Source: Chitinophaga pinensis (GTDB lineage Bacteria > Bacteroidota > Bacteroidia > Chitinophagales > LD1). Taken from it: 57,375 nt of DNA. A program made the position numbers and the translations under genes. Position 1 is the stretch's first letter. Each line of letters opens with the position of its first letter. Below are positions 34,168-43,428 of the stretch, piece by piece. The stretch spans positions 1 through 57,375 of the forward strand of contig CAMBIM010000001.1 of assembly GCA_945867505.1 (NCBI GenBank). Reading direction: 5' to 3'. Under the pieces are notes generated by a model. It had not been told where the DNA came from, made no database searches, and saw nothing but the letters and a program-made list of their open reading frames with translations.

Positions 34168-35610
34168 TTACACAAAAAACCGTTTGTAAAACTGCATAGC
34201 GTTGCCGTGCATTATTTTCTGAACCAGTTCGTGTGGAGTGTATCCAAACCAAAGGTCTTCCTGATATTTATTCTGTTCTAAACAATCAATCAAATCTTGC
34301 TGGAACATCGGAAATTTAGCGGCAGATTCATAAGGCTCCATGTGGGTAATGGTTCCGTCAAAATCGGTGCCGATAGCTACTACATCCCACCCCGATTTAT
34401 CGCCAATTGCTTTTACTAATTGAAAAGCATTATCCCAAAACAAACGCGTGTATTCTTTGCGTTGTTTTTCTGAATTTTCAATTTCTGTTATCTTTTTAAT
34501 CAAATCTAAACCGCCTAACATTCCTCTATCCATCATCAAACCAATTAATCCGCCCGAATGATGAATAATGCGCGCTTCCTCGTTTGAAATATTGATGCTC
34601 CAACGCCAGAAGCGGTGTGAACGTGACTTCACCATTTTGTCGGCATCCTTCATCGAGCTATCCATAGTGCTGAACCCATTTACCCCCGCATGGCTGCAAA
34701 CAATCGGAATCATATCGTTTGGATTGATAGCGTTATAGTTCCGTACAAACTCGTAATATTCTTTACGGGCGGTCAAACTCATGTGCTTGGTATCAATCAG
34801 AATGCGTTTACCATTTTCACGGCTTAGTAAACTGCGCAGCACATGCCAGCCCGCTTCGGTTATTCCTTTGTCTTTTCCTTTGTTCTGGTTGGCAAGTCCG
34901 TTGATTGGTCTCTTGAAACTGGTGGCATGTCCACTCAAATTATTCCAAAAATGGTGAGCAAGATTTATTTGAAAAGGAGGATACTCCCAACGCTTGATGG
35001 CTAAAATATTATCCGTTAGTTGCTGTATTAATTCTTCCTTACTCAACTCATCAGTATCCGGTGCACCAGTGCCTAAAGCGTGTGCACCTTCGATAGTTAC
35101 AATACCTATAAGTGTGTTTTTCTTCTTCAGCGCTTGCTGCAATTCAGTGTAATTGTTCACCAACACAAATTCATTTTTGCCATCTTGGCTTTTGCCTTGT
35201 TGGCCGAACACGTAAGCGTATTCTGCTTCTAAATCTTTAAAGTAATTGTAATGCTTTTTTAGTTGAACAATAGCATCCATACTATAACCGGTAACTACTT
35301 CCTGAAAAACATTGATTCTGTTTTTTCCTATAAGCAGTTTAGGAATATTGCGTAGGTGGAGAAATCCTCTTTCAGTAGGGTACAGCGAAACCTGAAAAAC
35401 TCGAACGTTACCCGTAGCCATAGCGTCAAGATTACATTGCGATTCTTTAAGCACATGCTGCGAAATACCTTCAACAGTTTTAGCAAACTTGCTGTCCATT
35501 TTATGATGGATATTATCCCACATATTACTGACAGGTTCCGGATAACCAGAGTTGAACGATTTTAGATTAGGATGACAGTGAAGGTCTACAGTAAAAATTT
35601 CTTTGCTCAT
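34168..35610 (-). CDS. Metal-dependent hydrolase, membrane-dipeptidase (M19)-like
   Basis: 480 aa with no signal peptide. The ordered motifs DLHCHPN, TIEGAHALG, LIDTKHMS, VCSHAGV and IGTDFDG parallel the M19 metal-ligand layout. Confidence 0.45.
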   Translation of the reverse strand: MSKEIFTVDLHCHPNLKSFNSGYPEPVSNMWDNIHHKMDSKFAKTVEGISQHVLKESQCNLDAMATGNVRVFQVSLYPTERGFLHLRNIPKLLIGKNRINVFQEVVTGYSMDAIVQLKKHYNYFKDLEAEYAYVFGQQGKSQDGKNEFVLVNNYTELQQALKKKNTLIGIVTIEGAHALGTGAPDTDELSKEELIQQLTDNILAIKRWEYPPFQINLAHHFWNNLSGHATSFKRPINGLANQNKGKDKGITEAGWHVLRSLLSRENGKRILIDTKHMSLTARKEYYEFVRNYNAINPNDMIPIVCSHAGVNGFSTMDSSMKDADKMVKSRSHRFWRWSINISNEEARIIHHSGGLIGLMMDRGMLGGLDLIKKITEIENSEKQRKEYTRLFWDNAFQLVKAIGDKSGWDVVAIGTDFDGTITHMEPYESAAKFPMFQQDLIDCLEQNKYQEDLWFGYTPHELVQKIMHGNAMQFYKRFFV

Positions 35611-35657
35611 ATTTTTCGGGTGTTACATACATTGACGGGAGGAGCGCAAATTATATT

Positions 35658-36581
35658 TTAATTCGGCAGGCTGTTTAAGAATTCTTTGGCATCATAATAA
35701 GCCTGCAAAGCAGATGAATTAATGCCAGGAATACTTAAAAAACCATGGAACATACCTTCGTATTCTTTATATTTCGCATGGTTGCCCGCATTCTTCAGCT
35801 GAATAAAATAATTAAATCCGTCATCCAGCAGCGGGTCGAATTGTGCCGTAATAATAAAAGCAGGTGCAAGACCGGTAAAATCAGATTCATAACATGGAGA
35901 AACTTCGGGAGCGCAATGGTCTTCTTGCCTTGGAGTATATTGCTTCTGAAACCAAAACATGGTCTCCTTTTCAAGTAAATAACCCTTACCATTCCGATCA
36001 ATAGAAGAGTTATTCAGTTTTCCATCAATCCACGGATACCCCAGTATCTGCGCTTTTAGCGGAATGCCTTCTTTCCTGCATTTATGTGCCATGCATGCGG
36101 CTAAATTTCCACCGGCACTGTCACCGGATACCACTAAATCGTTTGGATTGCCTCCGTATGTTTCTATGTTTTTTCTCACCCATTTCAACGCTGTAAAGGC
36201 ATCATTATGAGCAGCAGGAAATGTATGTTCCGGGGCCAGACGATAATCTACCGAAACTACCAAGCAATTATTCATCGTACACATCCTTTTGCAAACGTTA
36301 TCGTGCGAGTGCAGGCCATACAAAACAAATCCGCCACCGTGGTAATAAATAATTACGCGCTGATTTTTTTGAGTGCTGTTGTTGTATAGGCGAATCGGTA
36401 CACCATCAGCAATAACATTGGTTACCTGCGCTACCTTAATTTTTTTGTCGAATAGAATAGAGCCTAGCCAGGCAGCACGGTCAGACTTTTTTCGCAAATC
36501 CGAAATGTTTGTAATACTTTTCGCATCAATCGGTTTTTGTAACTTAGCAAAAAGCAGTACGAGTTTTATTTTCCAGTTCAT
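35658..36581 (-). CDS. Alpha/beta hydrolase, hormone-sensitive-lipase-type esterase (family IV)
   Basis: 307 aa with the oxyanion motif HGGGF and the nucleophile elbow GDSAGG. A DPL..D acid and a late His (MFHGF) are also present. Confidence 0.8.
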   Translation of the reverse strand: MNWKIKLVLLFAKLQKPIDAKSITNISDLRKKSDRAAWLGSILFDKKIKVAQVTNVIADGVPIRLYNNSTQKNQRVIIYYHGGGFVLYGLHSHDNVCKRMCTMNNCLVVSVDYRLAPEHTFPAAHNDAFTALKWVRKNIETYGGNPNDLVVSGDSAGGNLAACMAHKCRKEGIPLKAQILGYPWIDGKLNNSSIDRNGKGYLLEKETMFWFQKQYTPRQEDHCAPEVSPCYESDFTGLAPAFIITAQFDPLLDDGFNYFIQLKNAGNHAKYKEYEGMFHGFLSIPGINSSALQAYYDAKEFLNSLPN

Positions 36582-36610
36582 GAGTTTGAAAGTATAAGAT
36601 TTTGCTGATT

Positions 36611-37243
36611 TTAATCATTCAAATGGGTGGTAATTGTAGTAGTGGAAATTTCCAGATTATCCTTTTTAACTTGCACAGCCTCACCCACTACCACCGTAAT
36701 TTCCGAAAACAGATGTGGAATAAATTTTCTATCCCATCCACCCAAACGGTATGATCTGCTACATGAAAAACGAAGCGGAATAACCGGCACTTGGGCATCT
36801 CGGCTCATGAAAAGCACTCCGGACTTTAACTCCTTTGCGGGGCCAGCAGGACCATCGCTGGCTATGGCAGTAGAATAACCGTGTTTTAAGTAGCCAATAA
36901 CTTTTTCTAAAGCAATCTTACCGCTATTGCCGCTGCTGCCAAGGCAAATATGCTCAACGCCTGTAAGATTAAGTAACACGTGAATAGGTTTCATATACCA
37001 TGCCGGATGATTCATCCAGACTTGCCTTTTTACTTTTGGGAAAACGATGAAATAAAAAACCAAATCGGTATGCCAAATACAATAAACAGCTGCGGAATTT
37101 TTCGGCAATGGCTCACCGGTAAATTTTATTTTACAAGTAGCGTGCATTAACCACAAATAACCAAACAGAAGAATACCCGCGCTATAGCCATAAAACAGAA
37201 AGAAAGGTTTTACATACCAAGGAATATTATCTACACGCAACAT
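36611..37243 (-). CDS. DUF374 / lysophospholipid acyltransferase-like protein
   Basis: About 210 aa from the ATG at 37243. An N-terminal TM segment is followed by WHTD (HxxxxD-like) and ASDGPAGPAKELKSGVLFMSRDAQVPVIPL, typical of DUF374. The ORF-track TTG start at 37342 is probably an over-extension. Confidence 0.55.
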   Translation of the reverse strand: MLRVDNIPWYVKPFFLFYGYSAGILLFGYLWLMHATCKIKFTGEPLPKNSAAVYCIWHTDLVFYFIVFPKVKRQVWMNHPAWYMKPIHVLLNLTGVEHICLGSSGNSGKIALEKVIGYLKHGYSTAIASDGPAGPAKELKSGVLFMSRDAQVPVIPLRFSCSRSYRLGGWDRKFIPHLFSEITVVVGEAVQVKKDNLEISTTTITTHLND

Positions 37244-37341
37244 GCTATGAAAGTAAGTTTGTAAAGTAGGATTAAAAGCAACATCCGTTTTTTTAAAACT
37301 AAAAGATATATTGTATTCTATAAAAAAACCACTATCGCACA

Positions 37342-38793
37342 ATGAGCCAAACGGGATTTTCTATCAGCGAGTACCACGACATTAAACCGATTTATGAAAA
37401 GCTGAATAAGTTGGTTTCGCTGCCTCTTGCAAAAATTGCTCCGGCACAATTGGAAAAATATCTGAACTATTTCGAAACCAAATGTGCAAAATCAAAAGCG
37501 ATGATGCAGGAGGCGAAGAAGTATATTCCCGGTGGTGTACAGCATAACCTGGCTTTTAATTATCCTTTCCCTGTTGCGTTTACTAAGGCCGAAGGCGCTT
37601 ACTTGTATGATTTAGATGGTAACCGTTACATCGATTTTCTGCAAGCCGGTGGGCCAACTGTTTTAGGCAGTAATTACGAAATGGTAAAACAAAAATCTAT
37701 TGAACTCATCAATGAATGTGGACCATCCACCGGTTTGTTTCACGAATATGAACTGAAGTTGGCAGAGATTATTTGCCGCCACATGCCATCTGTAGAAATG
37801 TTTCGAATGTTAGGTAGCGGAACGGAAGCGGTGATGGGTGCATTGCGTTTAGCAAGACTGATAACCGGTAAAAAGAAAATTATAAAAATGGGTGGTGCGT
37901 ATCATGGCTGGAGCGACCAAATGGTTTACAGCCTGCGTATTCCCGGCACGTTTATTTTCGATGCCAAAGGAATTCCGTTTTTAAGTTCTTGGCATACGCA
38001 ATCGGTACCGCCAAATAATATTAAGGCGATGGAGCGCACCATGATGCTGAACCAACTGCGCGGTGGAACGGCTGCTGTAATATTAGAACCAATGGGACCC
38101 GAAAGCGGAACGTATCCGTTGTATAAAGAATATTGTAGTGAGGTGCGCGCGCTTTGCGATAAGTATGGTGCGCTATTAATTTTTGATGAAGTAGTTACCG
38201 CATTCCGCATTGGAATGAGTGGCGCGCAGGGTTATTTGAATGTAAAACCTGACTTGACCATTTTCGGTAAAGTAGTAGCCGGGGGTTATCCTGCTGCAGG
38301 TGGTATTGGTGGCAAAGCCGAATACATGCAAGGATTAGCAGCCGGTTTAGAAGGTGGCAAAAAAGTAAAAGTAGGGGGCACTATGGCGGCTAATCCGTTA
38401 AGTTGTTGCGCAGGTTACCATACGCTGGTAGAAATTGAGCGCACTGGTGCTTGTGAAAGGGCAGGACGCGCTGGCGATAGAATTACCAAAGGTTTAAATG
38501 CCTTGATTGATATATACGGTTTGCCGTTCGTAGCTTTTAACCAAGGGGCAATTGTGCATTTAGAAACAGCCGGAACGCTTTATGTAAAACTCAATCTTTT
38601 AAAAATAAAGAGTGCATTAAAAGAAATAGATGCACGTAAAAAACTGATGGAGCAAATTGGTGCGGCTTATATGGCTGAAGGTGTAGTTACGCTTGCAGGA
38701 AGCCGTTTGTATATGAGCATGGCAGATACCGATGAAGTAGTTGATGATGCGTTGAACCGGTTCGAAAATGTTTTTAAAAGCATAGAGAAATAG
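37342..38793 (+). CDS. Class-III PLP aminotransferase / glutamate-1-semialdehyde aminomutase-like enzyme
   Basis: 483 aa with GGVQHN, AEGAYLYDLDGNRYIDF, SGTEAVMGALRLAR, LIFDEVVTAFR and IFGKVVAGGYP (PLP lysine). It has an N-terminal extension of about 60 aa compared with HemL. Confidence 0.8.
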   Translation: MSQTGFSISEYHDIKPIYEKLNKLVSLPLAKIAPAQLEKYLNYFETKCAKSKAMMQEAKKYIPGGVQHNLAFNYPFPVAFTKAEGAYLYDLDGNRYIDFLQAGGPTVLGSNYEMVKQKSIELINECGPSTGLFHEYELKLAEIICRHMPSVEMFRMLGSGTEAVMGALRLARLITGKKKIIKMGGAYHGWSDQMVYSLRIPGTFIFDAKGIPFLSSWHTQSVPPNNIKAMERTMMLNQLRGGTAAVILEPMGPESGTYPLYKEYCSEVRALCDKYGALLIFDEVVTAFRIGMSGAQGYLNVKPDLTIFGKVVAGGYPAAGGIGGKAEYMQGLAAGLEGGKKVKVGGTMAANPLSCCAGYHTLVEIERTGACERAGRAGDRITKGLNALIDIYGLPFVAFNQGAIVHLETAGTLYVKLNLLKIKSALKEIDARKKLMEQIGAAYMAEGVVTLAGSRLYMSMADTDEVVDDALNRFENVFKSIEK

Positions 38794-38796
38794 GCG

Positions 38797-39378
38797 ATGC
38801 AAATTGAGGAAGCAAAAAATATGGTTTGCAATGCCGGTAAGCAATTACTGAAAGAAGGCTTGGTAGCGCGCACCTGGGGTAATGTTAGCGTGCGAATCAG
38901 CAATACGCAAATGGTTATTACCCCGAGCGGAAGAAGCTACAATGAGTTAACACCAAATGATATGGTGCTGGTAGATTTTTACACGCTTAAACATGTAGGC
39001 AGTATTAAACCTTCATCTGAATTAAAATTGCATTGCCAGATTTACAAAACGCGCCCGCACATTAACGCGGTAATACATACACACCAGATGTATGCATCTA
39101 TTGTAGCGGCAGCACAAAAAGATGTAGTGGTGTTGTACGAGGCGCATCAAAAAATATTAGGCGCAAAAATTATTAAAGCCGCTCCTTACGCTTTGCCGAA
39201 CACAAAAAAAATTACCGTAGAAAGTGCCAGAGCCATTGAAGATTCTAATGCAGCACTAATGGCAAACCATGGTGTGGTTTGTATTGGTGAAAAACTAGAG
39301 AATGCTTTTGATGTAGCACGAACCTTAGAAGATGCTTGTAAGTTATATGTTGATTCTAAAAAGCAGGTAGCGCATTGA
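38797..39378 (+). CDS. Class II aldolase/adducin-family protein (catalytic residues intact)
   Basis: 193 aa with TWGNVSVR, ITPSG, PSSE, VIHTHQMY (two zinc-binding His) and MANHGVVCIG (third His). Confidence 0.8.
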   Translation: MQIEEAKNMVCNAGKQLLKEGLVARTWGNVSVRISNTQMVITPSGRSYNELTPNDMVLVDFYTLKHVGSIKPSSELKLHCQIYKTRPHINAVIHTHQMYASIVAAAQKDVVVLYEAHQKILGAKIIKAAPYALPNTKKITVESARAIEDSNAALMANHGVVCIGEKLENAFDVARTLEDACKLYVDSKKQVAH

Positions 39379-39977
39379 ACAAGCAAGAAGCCATAAACAG
39401 TTTGCTGCCAGCAAACTGTTTTTTTAAAACACAAAGCGAAGGCTATAAAAGCTGGGGTCATGTAAATGTATTGCAGTTGGCGGTAAGAATAAGTGCTACT
39501 GAATTTTTAGTAACCGATGCAAACAAACCGTTAGGAGGAATTACCAGTGCCGACATTCAATTGCAAACTTTTTCATCAAGCCTATTCGGACAAATTTTTT
39601 CTTCCCGTAAAAAGATAAACGCCATCCTGATTACACAACAGGAATATGCTTCGCAGTTACTAGAGGAAGTTCCTGCCATACTTGATGACCAAGCTCAATT
39701 GCTTGGTGTTTCTATTCGCCTGGCAAAAAATGAAAGCCAAATTACAAAAGCTCTAAGCGGACGTTATGCCGCCATTCTGCCCGATAAAAAAAGCATTTGC
39801 CTCGGCACCAGCATAGATGATGCATATGTAGCTGCGCAGTTACTCGAAAAAACTTCTAAGGTTTTTATAGAAGCAAAATATATTGGCGGAGCAAAAGCCA
39901 TTAACAAATTAGAAGCGTGGCTCATGCAGCAGTATTATCAGTTCAAATACTCGAAAGAGGCGGTGAAGAATAGATAG
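39375..39977 (+). CDS. Degenerate class II aldolase-like paralogue (metal ligands lost)
   Basis: 200 aa with a TTG start that overlaps the upstream stop. By eye it aligns to the upstream gene, but reads ILITQQEY where the partner has VIHTHQMY, and ILPDKKSICLG where the partner has MANHGVVCIG. Confidence 0.5.
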   Translation: MNKQEAINSLLPANCFFKTQSEGYKSWGHVNVLQLAVRISATEFLVTDANKPLGGITSADIQLQTFSSSLFGQIFSSRKKINAILITQQEYASQLLEEVPAILDDQAQLLGVSIRLAKNESQITKALSGRYAAILPDKKSICLGTSIDDAYVAAQLLEKTSKVFIEAKYIGGAKAINKLEAWLMQQYYQFKYSKEAVKNR

Positions 39978-39982
39978 AAAAA

Positions 39983-40981
39983 CTAAAACAATACTTTCGA
40001 AGTTCCTCCTTGCATTAACCTTAAATCAATTTTATCTTCTTGTGCTTTCTTTAGTAGAAAGCGAAAGCCGCTATCTACATTATCTGTGAGATAAGGCAAG
40101 GCCACTAAAGCCTTTGAAAGGGGCTTGGTGAAATTATCCCAATGCAGGGGTATAATTGCCTTGGCACCGGTAGCCTGCACCGTGTTTTTGTAGTAGTTGT
40201 TTTGAAATGTATCGCACTGCAGACCCAACATGGCGCATCCTAAAAAGAAAACATCGGCAGGGTAATTATTCAAAGTTCCCTCTATATAATTGGTGCTGGC
40301 TTTTACCAGCATTTTGCGTTCTCCATGTTTTATATAAAAATCGTAGGTGCCGCCTTCAATATAGTCTTCCACCTTGGCTGGTTGCTGAAGAGGCGATGTA
40401 ATATCCGGATGGTTAGGGTCGGTAGCATTGGTTTTGCCGAATAGTTTAAACGGCGGTGTATGCTTTGAATGAATAGCTGTAATTGAAAACTTGCCAAGGC
40501 TTATTTCTTTACCTACTTCAAACAATTGCATACTGGTATCTTCCAACTTTTCGCCTTTGCAAATATTGAGGGTAGAAGATGAGCCATAAACTTTAGCACC
40601 TGTAAGCTTGGAAACTTCCGGGGCATCCATGGCATGGTCGTAATGCGAGTGGCAAACAAATATTCCTTTCAAACGGTTGATGTGATAATCGTTTATTACT
40701 GATTGAATAATTTCTTTATCAGAACTCACCTTCCCAAAAACTACTTTTCCCGCAGATGGTCTGCTAAAGAAGCCATCCACTAGCAACTGTGTTTCTCCAT
40801 CATCAAACAATAGTGTTGATGTACCGAAAAAAGTAACGAGGACTTGTCCAGGTTGCAGTAACATTCCTTTATCATCAGCGGTAAAATTTGGAAAAAAATA
40901 TTTGAGGTCAGCGGAAGGCTTAAACGCGTGACAACCGCTTAGCAGTATAAGAGTTAATAGAATGATTCTGCAATCGCGCAT
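39983..40981 (-). CDS. MBL-fold metallo-hydrolase, probable lipoprotein
   Basis: 332 aa with the lipobox-like LILLSGC and the HxHxDH motif (VCHSHYDHAMD). Confidence 0.75.
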   Translation of the reverse strand: MRDCRIILLTLILLSGCHAFKPSADLKYFFPNFTADDKGMLLQPGQVLVTFFGTSTLLFDDGETQLLVDGFFSRPSAGKVVFGKVSSDKEIIQSVINDYHINRLKGIFVCHSHYDHAMDAPEVSKLTGAKVYGSSSTLNICKGEKLEDTSMQLFEVGKEISLGKFSITAIHSKHTPPFKLFGKTNATDPNHPDITSPLQQPAKVEDYIEGGTYDFYIKHGERKMLVKASTNYIEGTLNNYPADVFFLGCAMLGLQCDTFQNNYYKNTVQATGAKAIIPLHWDNFTKPLSKALVALPYLTDNVDSGFRFLLKKAQEDKIDLRLMQGGTSKVLF

Positions 40982-41072
40982 GTTTGCAAAGATGATATAA
41001 AGCAGCAGTTGTAATAGATGAACTATGTAACTCTTATCAATAGTTGTGTAACGCTATGTTTACTGGTGCATC

Positions 41073-41080
41073 TACATTTG
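41073..41080 (+). promoter_or_regulatory. Candidate -7 promoter box (TAcaTTTG)
   Basis: Exact TAnnTTTG match 26 nt upstream of the ATG at 41106. Confidence 0.4.
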
Positions 41081-41105
41081 CACTACTCAATAAACAGAGT
41101 GTTTT

Positions 41106-41660
41106 ATGAAATATTTTAGCTTGACATTTATCTTATCGGTTTTAATTTCTTCCTCCGCATTTGCGCAAAATATTTGTGTTGACGGACAATGTTTTTCAAC
41201 TTCACTGAATGATAGTTCATTTCTGTTTCGCGAATACTGGCCGATTAATGCCACGCTAAGTCAACAGCAGGGTTCTATGAACGGGAAGAAACCAAACAGA
41301 ACTATTATAAGTTTGGCATTGAACGGCAGTACTTACACGCAAAGCAATGGCAACTCCTTTTGTGAAGGGGTGCAACTGGAGATAAGTTTTGAAGAAGGCA
41401 AACTTGCGGCAGAACCAACTTACACCGTTTATATGCAATACCAATCGGGTTTGTATACAGTGAACACCGAAGAAGGAACACTAAAAATAAATTCATTCAA
41501 ATTAGAACCGGATCAACACAGTTTCCGCTTGTTTGCCGAATTGGATTGCAGTATGCGCAGTTGGAATTATGCGATTGATAACAAAGACGCGATACGGATG
41601 AAAGCCAATTTTTCAAATATTCTGATTACTATCCCCGAATGGCTGGTGGCAAAAATATGA
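41106..41660 (+). CDS. Hypothetical secreted protein
   Basis: 184 aa with signal peptide LSVLISSSAFAQ. No family recognised. Confidence 0.5.
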   Translation: MKYFSLTFILSVLISSSAFAQNICVDGQCFSTSLNDSSFLFREYWPINATLSQQQGSMNGKKPNRTIISLALNGSTYTQSNGNSFCEGVQLEISFEEGKLAAEPTYTVYMQYQSGLYTVNTEEGTLKINSFKLEPDQHSFRLFAELDCSMRSWNYAIDNKDAIRMKANFSNILITIPEWLVAKI

Positions 41661-41805
41661 GAGCAAAAAAAGGCATTAGCCGCAACGCCAACTTTGCCTA
41701 TCGTTATCTTATTTGCCGAACATCAGTTCCTAACTCCGTCAATAAACATGAAAAAAAGAAACTGTTTCATGTCCGATAAATATACATATCAAGAAGAATA
41801 AAATC

Positions 41806-42102
41806 TTACTTAAACAGAGATTGCAACTTCATGGCAAGGCCCATATCGCCTTTCACTTTTATTTTGCCGCTCATAAAAGCTGTCATAGGATTTACCGAGC
41901 CGCTTATCATGCCTTGCAAATCTTCCTGTGATACGCTGATGGTACAATCAGCTTCTTTATCATCGGCAGAAACTACATTACCGTTACCGGTGCCGTCAAT
42001 AAAAATTTTGTTGTCCCCAAAATCGAATTTTAAAGTTTTTCCAAGAGCCGGTGATTTGCCTGCGCTTGCGCTTAATGTTTCTAGCATTTTTTCAAATGCC
42101 AT
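41806..42102 (-). repeat. SCP2 module, direct-repeat copy A (fused to the ACAD gene)
   Basis: Its 98 codons differ at 13 positions from the free-standing ORF at 47308-47604. Long identical nucleotide runs are visible, for example gatacgctgatggtacaatcagcttctttatcatc. Confidence 0.9.
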
Positions 42103-43353
42103 GTTGGTTGAGTTTTGTGGTTTAATAACGGATTGAACGGGTTGACTTGGTTGTTGTTCGCTTTGCGCGTAATTAATAGTAAGCCCTTTGCTTTCGTATT
42201 GCTTATCGTCAATAATCATCTTTGCAATAATCTCGCGCATAATTTCTGACGATCCTCCGCCAATAGTTAAGATACGGCTGTCGCGGAACATGCGTGCCAT
42301 TTTATATTCTTCCATATAACCATAGCCACCAAAACTTTGCAGACACTGGTAAGCTACTTTATCACTCAACTCGGTAGCTAAAAGTTTAGCCATGCTACTT
42401 TCTTTTACCACATACTCGCCATCGTTATGCAACCGACAACAGTGGTAAACAAAATGTTTGGTGCACTCAATTTCGCTGGCAAGTTGTGCCATTCGGTGGC
42501 GCAATACCTGAAACTTATTAATAGAACGACCAAATGCCTGACGCTCGCTCATGTATTGCAATGTATAATCCATGGCATTTTCGCACCCGGCAATGGCGGA
42601 GATAGCACCTGTAAGGCGTTCTAATTGCAAACCGCCCATTAGATATATGAAGCCCTGTCCTTCTTCACCAATTAAATTTTCGACAGGCACTCTTACATTA
42701 TCAAAAAATAACTCTGCCGTGTCGGAGGCATGCCAGCCAAGTTTCTTTAATTTCTTAGCACTTACACCCGCTGCATTACGGTCGATGATTAAGAGGCTTA
42801 CACCTTCAAAACTCTTACTTGTAGTAGCATCGGTTTTTACTACAGCAACAATATAGTCACCATACACTGCATTAGTGATAAACGTCTTTGAACCATTCAC
42901 TACATAGTGGTCGCCTTCACGCACCGCACGTGTTTTGATATTCTGCACATCGCTACCGGCACCCGGCTCAGTAATGCCAATGCACGAAACCAATTCGCCC
43001 TTAATTGTAGGCACGAGATATTTTTGTTTTATCTGCTCTGAGGCATGCTTATATAAATAAGGGGTACTCATATATTGAATAACCAATGGCGTAACGGCAA
43101 AACCCCCGCTCCATAATTTAGCTACTTCCTCGCAAAAAATTACGGAGTACCAAAAATCGGCTGCTTCGCCACCGTACTCGGTGCTATAGTTAAGGCCGAG
43201 ATATCCCATTTCGCCAAATTTTTTCCAAATCTCCTTAGGTATGCGCTGCTGCTCTTCCCATTGGTCGATGTTTGGCACTACTTCGCGTTGTAAAAAATCT
43301 TTTAAACCCTGACGGAAGAGGTCATGCTCTTCGGTAAAATAGTAGCTTTTCAT
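41806..43353 (-). CDS. Acyl-CoA dehydrogenase fused to a C-terminal SCP2 sterol/lipid-carrier domain
   Basis: About 515 aa from the ATG at 43353. The ACAD core shows FTEEHDLFRQ, ITEPGAGSD, NGSKTFITN and RILTIGGGSSEIMREII. A Gln/Pro/Ser-rich linker precedes a 98-aa SCP2 domain (...NPMTAFMSGKIKVKGDMGLAMKLQSLFK). Confidence 0.85.
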   Translation of the reverse strand: MKSYYFTEEHDLFRQGLKDFLQREVVPNIDQWEEQQRIPKEIWKKFGEMGYLGLNYSTEYGGEAADFWYSVIFCEEVAKLWSGGFAVTPLVIQYMSTPYLYKHASEQIKQKYLVPTIKGELVSCIGITEPGAGSDVQNIKTRAVREGDHYVVNGSKTFITNAVYGDYIVAVVKTDATTSKSFEGVSLLIIDRNAAGVSAKKLKKLGWHASDTAELFFDNVRVPVENLIGEEGQGFIYLMGGLQLERLTGAISAIAGCENAMDYTLQYMSERQAFGRSINKFQVLRHRMAQLASEIECTKHFVYHCCRLHNDGEYVVKESSMAKLLATELSDKVAYQCLQSFGGYGYMEEYKMARMFRDSRILTIGGGSSEIMREIIAKMIIDDKQYESKGLTINYAQSEQQPSQPVQSVIKPQNSTNMAFEKMLETLSASAGKSPALGKTLKFDFGDNKIFIDGTGNGNVVSADDKEADCTISVSQEDLQGMISGSVNPMTAFMSGKIKVKGDMGLAMKLQSLFK

Positions 43354-43428
43354 TTTTCGTTTTTGTATTAAGAGGCGTAAATATAGCGGAGGAAAGTATA
43401 CGGCAAACACTGCTTGCCTGGCAAGAAA

